Assembly: GCA_024346625.1 (NCBI GenBank)
Contig: AP024664.1
Location: 4,216,001 to 4,280,000, forward strand
DNA from: Williopsis jadinii
Taxonomy: Eukaryota
Direction: 5' to 3'
Length of the DNA: 64,000 nucleotides
Shown here: in pieces, positions 43,180 to 53,300 of the stretch
How positions within the stretch are numbered: the stretch's first letter is position 1
Layout: every line of letters begins with the position of its first letter
Translations under genes and position numbers: made by a program
Notes under the pieces: generated by a model
The model's input: only the letters and a program-made list of their open reading frames with translations
What the model was told of the DNA's origin: nothing
The model's database searches: none

Positions 43180-43770
43180 CCGCGCGAATGGAACACTATA
43201 CATCCTACTGCTAGTGAAAGATACAATGTGACGTCGATATAACTGGAAACACTAAGCTGAGCCCCCAAGAGCACACTGCGGACTCCTTTCATCTCTCATC
43301 GCACAGGGAGGAAGTTATGGCGTTAAAGAAGATAGGCGAGATGCAGTCCGCGAGGAGGTCAAAGCACCACCGCAAACTATACCAAAAGATAACAGACATA
43401 GTGGCTCACAACCATTGGCAGAATCATAACACATCCAACATCATCCTTCGAAAGCATCGTGCCACCACCATTAGAAAGCCAAGAACTGGTAAGCATGAAC
43501 AGGAACCACGAGATGAACAAAGACTTGATGATGAGCTTGTACTAAGCCTTTTACCAGCGTTTGGCCTTCAAATCTCAGGTCATGGCGACACGCCTCTCGA
43601 GAATGACTGAAGAGTACACGAGCAAGACATACACCGGCTGTGGGACAATAAATGCCACATTGTCTCTGGCTGACGGCACCTTCCTCTGTGCCTCGTGCAA
43701 CTTGTCTGTCGACCGTGACATCAACGGTGAGCACAGCATCCTCATCAAGTGTCTTGTCGCATCTCAATAG
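43180..43770 (+). pseudogene. Decayed Fanzor/TnpB-family RNA-guided endonuclease (RuvC-zinc finger C-terminal half)
   Basis: Stitched frames give KLYQKITDIVAHNHWQ / IITHPTSSFESIVPPPLESQELV...DLMMSLY*AFYQRLAFKS...MTEEYTSKTYTGCG...FLCASCNLSVDRDINGEHSILIK. Frameshift near 43422, in-frame TAA 43543-43545. 5' boundary approximate. Confidence 0.85.
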
Positions 43771-44022
43771 ACACACACACAAGGAGTGTGTTCGTGCTCC
43801 TCTACAATCACCACCTCTGTTCTGTCTCTAAGAAGCACACAAAGGCATCATCATGAACGGACAAATGGCTCCCATTCTATGGGATATTTCTCTATAGCGC
43901 ACGCGAGCTGAGAATCAATGATTAGAGGCTAAAAGATGGAGAAACAGTGTATTGAATCCGTACTATAGAAAGAAAAGTGTACGGGCCCGGTATCGTGTGT
44001 AAGAATTGAAGAAGATGGACTT

Positions 44023-46416
44023 TCAAGTCGATGGGATGTTGGTGGTATCCTTGCTGATTTGCATCCCATCGTAGTTAACGGCGTCAAAGTTCAATGGCTC
44101 AATACCAAAGAGACACTCTGGGGACACTGAGACCCCGTTGAAATCCCAGGTGGCATCCTCATAGGTATAGTACATCTGTTGTAGAGTGTCTCTAGATTGC
44201 TCAGTGTCAAAGTAGTTGAATGGAGTGAAGATGATGCTGGATTGTGCCGTGCTGTAGATGGTGTTTGGAATATCCTGGGTGTTTGGCAAGTGGTGCAAAG
44301 CCAAGTTGAACCAATAGACCAAGTCTTCTCCGTCAATGCTCTCTCCGTCAACAAAGTTGTCAAAGTTGATGATTGGGTCCTCCAAGTCTTGGGAGCAGAA
44401 AACGTGAGAAGAGGTGAACTCCGTGTCCTTTTGAACGGTGATGGCCATATCCTTTTCAGCCCAGTGAGCGTTGTTGATGATGGTGTGGGTGTTTTGTGCA
44501 ATTCTTCTGGCATCACTGCCTGGGAAAACAGCTCTATAAGCCCTTGGATTACCCCAAGTGTTGTTTTGCTCTGCAGACTCAATCAACAAGATTGCACCGG
44601 CATCAGCCCAGTTCAGGTATGTCTCATTGGCAATGACACTTCTTCTCTTTTGCTTGGTGGAGAACACTTTATCTGGTGCCCATGGATAAGTGTGGTTGAC
44701 AGCCTCCAATTCAACCTTGGCCAGTCTGTTTGCAGTTCCAGCAATGTCGAAATCTGCCTTGAAGTTGATAACGTGGTCGTGGAAAGAGCCTGACAGCACT
44801 TCGTTGATCTTGTATCCAAATGGATCGCCGGTCTCTGGGTTGTAGTAAGCACCCTGGATGTAACCAGCAGCCCTGACAGAGACCTCGAAAGTACCATCGA
44901 GGAAGAACTTGTACAGGAAGTTGTAATCGTAGTTGCCGATAGTGGTGATGGATCTCAGGTTGAAAGTTGGGTTCTTGGAGACAGTGATGTACTCGGAAGC
45001 AGTGTGTCTGACAAATGGATAGTCCTCAGAGAACTCAAAGGCACAGTAGGAGTTGTTATGGTAGTTATTATCACCGTTAGAGTGCCATGTAACGTTGAAG
45101 AACTCAGCGTTATAAGGACAATCAAACCCTGGAACCAGTCCAAATGCCTCGTTACCAAAGCCGTAGGATCTGTCAAAGTAAGTCGTATGAGCTTGGAATG
45201 GATCATCACCAGAGTACTCTGCAATGGCCTCCTGGAGTCCAATCTCAAAGGCAATACGCTCGCCTTTGAACTTGACGTCGTACAGAGCCAAACCGTTATC
45301 TCTGTTCCATGCGACGTAGAACTCCCAGTCCATCCATGTAAAGTATCTCTCGCTCTCACTGTACTTCCATCTTCTTCCTTCTGGCTCGATGGCAATTGGA
45401 GCCAATTTCTCGTCCAGCTCTCTTGTAGTGCCCTGTTGACCAATATAGACGAAGGTCTCAGTGGTGTTCAAGTTTGTAGTGTCGATTTTTGGCAGCTTGA
45501 CGAAATCGTCCGACTCCCATGCCTCCCTAAACTCGTCTGAAGAGTTGTAGACGATGTTGTTGTAGACCCACTGGGAGATGTAGTAGTCCTCCACGTTTCT
45601 GCCTGTCATGACGATTTGTAGGAAGACACCAGTTGGAGTAACATCACCAGCATCGTGGTAGTTGAGGAAAATGGTGGCCCAATCTGTGACAGTACCATCA
45701 TCGTCAATCTGGAATGGATCAGTGGCCCAGCATTCGACTGTCGAGTTTTCCTCGCCGTAGGTCTTGATATCTTCACCAACGAGGTCCACGAGAACAGGCA
45801 ACATGGTATCGGATAAGATCTCCGCTGCGTAGACCTCCTCCGCAGCTGCCCACTTCAGATCATCTTTGTAGCCCTTTGCGAAGGAAACCTTTGACTTGGT
45901 GTAGATGTACTCCAGCTCTGAGATCTCTGGCGTCGAGCCGTTGGTGTTCAATGGGCCAACTTGCAGTTCTTGCCAGTATCCATCTGGGAATTCATCGCTG
46001 GTATACTCATCAGTGCCCAAGAACACCGTAGCACGGGCCCAACGCTCTGGGACTGGACCATCGTTATCCAAATAGGCAATTGCATCTGTCTTGTTTGGTC
46101 TCAAGGTCTCAATCCAGGTGACGTAGTTGTCGTACATCGTGGCATTGACGGAGGCAGTCAGGTTGAAGGTGTCCTTCAACAGGTCGTAGACGACCTGAGC
46201 TTCGTCATCGCTCAAGTCTGCCCAGATGTTGATCTTAGAAGGAACAGCATCACCAGGAGTGGAAGCACCACAAGCAACTTCTCTCTTCTCCAGCAACTCT
46301 GGATATCTCTTGTATAGGAATCTATTCTTGTACTCGGATCTTGCCTGTCTCGGGTTGAGATACGCACTGGCCAAGGAGGCCAAAGACAATGCAGCGGTGA
46401 AGTGTTTCCACAGCAT
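44023..46416 (-). CDS. Secreted copper/TPQ amine oxidase, yeast lysyl-oxidase-like
   Basis: Signal peptide, KR processing sites, TIGNYDY (TPQ precursor), HDH and HH copper ligands, many N-glycosylation sequons. Confidence 0.93.
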   Translation of the reverse strand: MLWKHFTAALSLASLASAYLNPRQARSEYKNRFLYKRYPELLEKREVACGASTPGDAVPSKINIWADLSDDEAQVVYDLLKDTFNLTASVNATMYDNYVTWIETLRPNKTDAIAYLDNDGPVPERWARATVFLGTDEYTSDEFPDGYWQELQVGPLNTNGSTPEISELEYIYTKSKVSFAKGYKDDLKWAAAEEVYAAEILSDTMLPVLVDLVGEDIKTYGEENSTVECWATDPFQIDDDGTVTDWATIFLNYHDAGDVTPTGVFLQIVMTGRNVEDYYISQWVYNNIVYNSSDEFREAWESDDFVKLPKIDTTNLNTTETFVYIGQQGTTRELDEKLAPIAIEPEGRRWKYSESERYFTWMDWEFYVAWNRDNGLALYDVKFKGERIAFEIGLQEAIAEYSGDDPFQAHTTYFDRSYGFGNEAFGLVPGFDCPYNAEFFNVTWHSNGDNNYHNNSYCAFEFSEDYPFVRHTASEYITVSKNPTFNLRSITTIGNYDYNFLYKFFLDGTFEVSVRAAGYIQGAYYNPETGDPFGYKINEVLSGSFHDHVINFKADFDIAGTANRLAKVELEAVNHTYPWAPDKVFSTKQKRRSVIANETYLNWADAGAILLIESAEQNNTWGNPRAYRAVFPGSDARRIAQNTHTIINNAHWAEKDMAITVQKDTEFTSSHVFCSQDLEDPIINFDNFVDGESIDGEDLVYWFNLALHHLPNTQDIPNTIYSTAQSSIIFTPFNYFDTEQSRDTLQQMYYTYEDATWDFNGVSVSPECLFGIEPLNFDAVNYDGMQISKDTTNIPST

Positions 46417-47201
46417 TGTTACTGAGTAGAATGAGTGATAATCTATGTAATAATCTATGTATTGGGAGCTACGCCTATTCCGAGGCTCTAGACGGGCATC
46501 TACACGGGTATTTATACACGGGGATGGCTTTCTCGACGACCCATATCTGTATACACCACCTTCTCATACGTGAAACAACAGATAAGCTCTGACGAATGAA
46601 ACATCTCCCTTAGCTGCGAAGATCTTAGATGTACACAGGAAGGTAAAGAGCGAGCAACCGACACAAGCGACCTACAACGTCCTCGGTGGAGGACAACCGT
46701 TTAGGCCCAACCGGCACACCACTGCCTCCCTCTCGACCCCTATTGAGCAGAACAGTGAGTGTCTTCGAGGGTCCATGTGAAGATAATGCAAGGGTATGTA
46801 ATGCATGAGTTCATGATGGAGTTGCAGCTTCCTGATTGGGCAATAATATGGCCTAACCTCGGCACCAATGTGTGTACGCTCTTTATGAGTTTGCAGTAGT
46901 AGAAAACCGTTTTATTGGGCTTGTTAGCTTTGGTTATCTTGGCAATGTCTGTCTCCGATGGATTGGGTTGTTTTGGGCCAATATTTGCAGTTGTTGATGG
47001 ATGAGATCGCTGTAGCTTTCTTCGTGTGTATTCCGCACATATTTCCTAAATGAGAAGCAGTGGTAAGAGCCGGGGTTGATAAGCTGTGCAGTGCCTTGTA
47101 GGAGGAAAGCAAGGGAGCACGGATGTTATTCAGGGTTTCGAATTATTACGGGCATGGAGCAGGGGGCTCCAGGGGCTCCAGGGGGGCACAGTGGTCACAG
47201 T

Positions 47202-47267
47202 GGCCACTGCGACTAGAGCGGCCACTGCGACTAGAGCGGCCACTGCGACTAGAGCGGCCACTGCGAC
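47202..47267. repeat. 18-bp tandem repeat GGCCACTGCGACTAGAGC x3.7
   Basis: Direct reading; preceded by short 9-bp duplications (GGGGCTCCA; CACAGTGG). Confidence 0.9.
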
Positions 47268-47779
47268 CACTGCGACCTTTGGTCAATTGATAAGAAGAGG
47301 AGTCGTCTGAGGGGTTTAGAACTGTGGTTGTTTTTCTTCTTCGACAACGCTTTAACGATAACGCTGCTTTTCAACGGGGCTTATTTGGTCCCTACGTTCA
47401 TCTTTTGCTATGCTTTCCGGTGGAGGCTTCTGCTTATCTCTGTAAGTAATAATGAGGTGCACATAGACAAAGTTGGTTCTCCTTGCGTGTCCTTCAAGGC
47501 GCTGTTGAGGCCGGATGGGGTAATCAATAGAGTTGCGGAACGGACCCCTCGCTGACCAAAAGCGAGAGATAGGGAACGTATGGGACGTATCGAAGAAGCC
47601 GAAGCCGGGTTTGGTGGTTGTACTTTGATAGTTCCAACATTCTGCACTGTGGGGTAGGAATTGGTCCAATTGCTAAGCATTTTGTGATAGGCTAAATGAA
47701 CCGTCTACGAGGCAATTGAGGAGCACGGTTGTTTTGTGTGAGAGTGGTTGTATGCAATTGAATGGAATGTATGTTCTGA

Positions 47780-47860
47780 TGGTGGTTGTAGTAGTCGTGG
47801 TCGTAGTCGTTGTAGTAGTCGTGGTAATGGTCGTGGTAATGGTCGTAATCGTAATATGGC
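47780..47860. repeat. GTN trinucleotide-periodic low-complexity tract
   Basis: gtg gtt gta gta gtc gtg gtc gta gtc gtt gta gta gtc gtg gta atg gtc... Confidence 0.8.
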
Positions 47861-49049
47861 AACATCCCGTGTTCAGATGTAACTCTACCCTGACTTCAGA
47901 TACCACATTACGACTAGGCGAGACTTTCTACCTTCCACCAGCTTTGGGGGGCCAAAGGCTTATGCGCTTATTCTCGCGGTATATGCAACACATTTTGCGA
48001 AAAGAGATAAGCTGTTGCGAAAATTTGGTGGTACCAGAACGATGAAGAATCGTATTTAAGTGAATTTGAAGATAATAGAGTTGCTAACACTGTATAACGT
48101 GTATTCTGTATCATAGAGTAGAAATCAAGCCACCCTGTAAACTAAGTTTCAAAGAAGAAAACGCAAAGCACTCTGTAGAACTTTTATATTTTGTCATATA
48201 AAATTTTGCTAATATAATTATGATTCCATTTTCAAAAACTATTTTAAATATTAACAAATATTCGTTAAAAATGTAGAAATACTATCCTTAACCCGAGATA
48301 TATCGAATAATATGACCTTTATGGTTATTATAATACACTCAAATATAACATAATAAGCTATAAAGAGGTCTAAAGTGTTGCAAGCCTTTTGGTAGCTTAG
48401 ACGCTTATGCACGCAGGTGTCCTAACTGTCCCAAGTCGGTTGTGGAGATAAGGAGTGAAGATTCAGGCTGTAGAAAGTCTCTCATAACTCCAAAATGGCT
48501 CTGCAGAAGAACCCTTTATAGAATTTCGAAGATTGAGCTTTCAATTCTCTTCAAATGTTACCAAAATCAAGAAACTCTCCAGAAACAATTTTGGGGAAGT
48601 TGCGTTGTACTTAAAATCGATAACTCCATCACTAATGATGCTATAACGGGAATAAAGGGGAATAAAGGCGTTTTAGTCGGCATCACCATACCAGTAGGTC
48701 AACCTTCAAACTCATGCCAGATACGGTATGCTATGTCTGGAAAAGAGGTTCCGTGAAACGGACAACCCGTGTGGCTTTGAAGATGAGGGATGTAGCATAC
48801 GTATCCATCTGGAACTGGAGAACCAAGGGTTCTGAAATGATGCATAAATTCATGGAATAGGGCAAGTACAAACTCACCTATGTACATAGTAGATAATGAG
48901 CAACTGGACGATTCAGGGACTATTGAGCTCTAAATCTTATATCATATCTTGAAACTAATAGCTATAAGTGCTTCCAGAATTCATCATTACTACTCTCTGA
49001 TGAATTATTATTATAATTATTTTGACACCCTGTGATTGCTAATTTCTAA

Positions 49050-49489
49050 TAAGATGACTACACCACTGTCGTCACTGACGCTAGTGATGCTGAGAGTGAT
49101 ATTGTTTCCAAATACACTTCCAACGCTTCTGCTGGTAACGTCGATTCTTGTAGTACCTCGTCGTTGCTCACAGGCTCTGTAGTAATAACTCCTGTTACCA
49201 TAGTTAAGTGTGTCGAAACTGTGACATTAACAGTTCCTTGTTCGGCTGCTACGAAAATAAGTGCTCGAAATCCAAAGTCTCAACGACAGTGACTGGTACT
49301 GATTCTACTGATTCTACTGTGGCTACTGGCAGTGCCGCTGCTGTTGTCACTCTAGCTACTATTTCAGAGATATTCTACTCCAGCTGCAGTGCAATTGCTC
49401 TTACAACTGGTGCTGAGTTTTCTCTGTTGACGTTGTTGGTGTCTCTAGTGATTTCATCACCTATGGGTATAATGTCTGGGGGAATATAA
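49050..49489 (+). pseudogene. 3' relic of a GPI-anchored cell-wall protein gene
   Basis: Frameshifted Ser/Thr-rich fragments with GCYENKCS (flocculin type-3-like) and hydrophobic end GAEFSLLTLLVSLVI; no 5' part visible. Confidence 0.55.
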
Positions 49490-50128
49490 TTCAAAGTTCT
49501 TACATATTCATGTTCCAAACTTTTATTGTTCTATCTGATGTATTGATGAATTGACTTCGATAGTCTAGTGCAATTACTACAGAATGGTACTGTTATGGCG
49601 CATTTATATAAGAAGACTTCGTCTTTCAAAACCGAGCACTTCCTCTTTCATGTATTATATGCTACCTCGAAAATGTATGCCTCTCTTATTATTATCGTGT
49701 GAAAGAGATGAGATGTATGTTTGACGTCGCATGTTGAGAACTTATAAAAGGACATAGCGTGTTGAGGATTTATAGAGCACTCTACGAAAGGCTGAATACG
49801 CAAAAAGGTATATTTACTTTGTAGAGAAACCCCCACTCTTCTGCATCAGAGGGTCTTATATAAAATGAAACAGTTTCTATGACGGAGCCTAGTTGGGGTT
49901 TATAACATTTTGTTCCCCCCTATAGTACTTAATCCTCAAGTCATTCGCAGAGAGCCTGGAAACTGCATCATATTTGCCAATTGATTAAGTAACTGGTTGA
50001 TAGCTCTCGAATCAAGTGACCATGTTAAGTACACAATCCAATGGTGATAAGCAGCAACAGGAAGAAGTTATTCAGAGTACACTCTTCCGTAAGTGGAAAA
50101 TAGTAGACACACACAGAGAATATCTCAG

Positions 50129-50254
50129 TCACGTGATCAGAGTGAAATTTTGCATCACGTGATCAGACAGGACGATCTCAATCACGTGACTAGACGCGAA
50201 AACGCGTCTCAGACAAACTTTTTTTCCGTCCCAGGTTTGTCACTTTGAACGCGT
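50129..50254. promoter_or_regulatory. TOF1 promoter: three TCACGTGA and three MCB-type sites
   Basis: TCACGTGA at 50129, 50155, 50182; ACGCGA 50194; ACGCGT 50202 and 50249. Confidence 0.7.
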
Positions 50255-50327
50255 TGGCGTCTTGTTCAACACTTCAATTGAAGCCCATAAACGGTCGAAA
50301 CACAGTACTGATCATTCCATTAAAGCC

Positions 50328-53300
50328 ATGGAGGACCAAGGTGACGATACCTTAGAGGATTTCATTGAAGGTGAAGTGATTGATGACCAAGAGGCACGCG
50401 ATGGGTACGGTCAAACCTCGCTGAACCAACCACCACCTCCAAAGCCTTATATCAAATCGTACATTGCCATTCTTGTGACATCTCTTGGTGGTTTGGACTA
50501 CTCTTCAGATAAGCAGAATGCTCCTTACAAACTGGGGATAGAGGCTTACCTGTGTCTTCAGGATATTGAGAAATGGATCGTCTCACACGATCAAAGGGAA
50601 AACTCATGGGAAGTTGCAGTTGCGTGTGCAGAGACTGGGCTAGTTAACGACTTGGTGACCATCCTGTGTATGTGGAATGACTCTTTGAATAAGAAATCAA
50701 CGATATCCGGTTACAGTAAGAAACATGACGAACGAATTGCCAGAAAGTGTCTCAAGCTTCTTGTCTTGTTGACTCTACCATTGGAGCTCTCAGAGGGGAT
50801 CTTTAAACAGCAGCTGGAACATTACTCCGAGCTGAAGAAGTACCAGCTGTACTATAAGAAGCAGATCTTAACCTATAGAAACGGTTTCGTCTTACAAGCA
50901 GTCATAAAGATTCTTTTGCCTGTTATTGCGAAGGATAAGAGGGAAAGAGAAAAGATGGATTACTTTATCATCAAGCAGTGTATCGTGTTCTTTAGAAATC
51001 TGCTACAGATTGAACCAGCAGGTATATCCAAGGCTAAGGGCAAGAAATTAAAACAGGCAGAATTAACCGAGAATTTGCCGAAAGGTGTTGACATGGATGA
51101 CGTTAGTATTGGTGCGTGTTTGGGAGCATTTCACGATAACCTTGTCTTCACTTTCTTCCTCACTTTCTACTCATCTATCGGTGTTGATAAAGATTTTGAC
51201 CCCCAGATGGTTGCAAATATCTCCCAGGATATCTTGTACAACATGGTTAGACATTTAAGTCCAGGTTATATCATGTATTCTAAAGACGTTGAGAAATACT
51301 CTATGGAACAAGCCGAATCATCACTAGCACTGGGTGATTTGTTGTCAAAGGAGAAAGATATGGTGAACCAGTTAAAAAAACACACATCTAGTCGTCATGG
51401 AAGATTTGGTACGTTGCTATCATTACAGACTCCAGACTTGGGGAGACTGACTGTTTCAAACTCAGGCAATCTGTTGAGCAGAAATGATCCAATTGCAACC
51501 TTCGATCAACACAAGAAATGGATAAAGACAGCAAGGTTTAAATATACCGATGATGATGAAGGTGTCATTCAAAGACATGTGGCAATTGGTTCGACAAACA
51601 GAAAAGCATTTAACAGTTTTGTTACTGATTTTATCGATGGTGCCTTCAACCCGTTCATAAAAGCATGTACAAGGGTGCTTTCATCTTCTGATAACAAAGG
51701 TTCTGATACACAGTCGAAAATTCAATATGTTATGATCATTGCGTGGTTTTTGGAAGCCCAAAGAGAGAGATATGGCTCCAATTTGAGTGAAGTTGACTAT
51801 ACTCTTGTCGGATCAGCGTTAACGGACGAGACCTTTATTCTGTTGGGCAGTTACTTCAACGAAGCCGTTGATGAGAAGAAGTGGGAGCTGGCTCATGCGT
51901 GTATGATTTTGCTAACAGAGATGCTTCAGGTTGCTAATACACTTTCCGTATCATCTCTTGATGAGAACAGATACATCTCGACAAACCTGAGGAAGAGGAT
52001 CTTTAAGGATCACCATATCAGTCCTATACCACCCTGTGTTAAAAATGCACACAAGAGATCTCCAGAGTTTGTTGATACGTGTGTTGCTTTGGTAGATGCA
52101 ATGACCAAAGAAATGGATATCTTTGCAAAGACAGACATGAAGGAGTTCATCAAGGAACAGAAGTCGAGATCTTATGTCAAAGTTTACACAAATGAGCAGA
52201 TCACTATCGATGACCTTGATATCAATGACGAGCAGGCACTCGAGAGTGCAGCCGATGTACTCTCTAAAGGAAGACGTGATTTACGTGATAAGTTCATTGC
52301 ATCTCTTGCACACGAGGGAACTATTCACTCGTACATCAGTTTCATAAAGAGGTTCAACGATGTTCCGGAAAAGTCGTTGAAGAAAGCTATCAAGTTTTTG
52401 CATAGAATCTTTTTCTCATTGAAACGTTATAATCTTTTGTTCCGTCTCGATTTCATGTTGGTATTGCACAACATGCTGAGTCCAGAGGGTTTACTTCACA
52501 CGTCAAATATCAGAAAACACGTCGAACAGTTCATGAATCACTTTATGAAGAAACTGAGACAATCATTGGACAATGAACCATGTCTGTACGTTGAGATGCT
52601 ATTCCCAGGTGGTGTATCAACATCACCATTTGATGAATTAGAAATAAGAAATATCAGGAGAGAAACTTTAGTTCATTCCATTGTTGAAATTAAAAATGGT
52701 GATAGTATGGATTTGGAGAAGAAGGTTGCCATCATGGTGGCGTATCTCATTGATGATGGATTTAAAGAGGTGGTCGATTGGCTGTCACAGGAATTGGAGA
52801 AAGTTGTTACAGTTAGACTTCAAGAAAACTCCATGGATGTACCTCCAGATCAAGATATCTCTGATTTGCCTGACGATAAAGAACGTAAGCCAGTTATCAT
52901 AACTAGCATGTATCCAAGTATGAAGAAGAAGCTTGTGACAGAACCCAGAGTGAGATATCTGTTGAAACTTGCTGGTGCATCATTACCTGCAACAACCTCG
53001 CAGAAGTGTACCTTTTCAGGCTCTGAAGACGTTGACCAGCTTATAATGGTCAACACGTATATCAAAATTTATTTGATATCGCCAGTCAGCTTGGAAGAAG
53101 GCAAGACAGCCAGAGACTATGTGATAAAAAGGAACCTCAAAGATCAGTACAAAGAGAGCAATGAAAATCGAGGCTACGACTCTGATGCATTTCAAGGTAT
53201 CGGTTATTCTTCGGACGACGATGATGTTGCTTTCGGGTTTCACAGTGATGATGAAGGAAGAACCAAAGTGGGGTATATGGATGATGAACTGGACCAAATA

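Noticed and set aside
41997..43214. ORFs 41997-42638 (-) and 42987-43214 (+) as genes
   Set aside because: Their length comes from stop-free tandem repeats; no recognisable domain.
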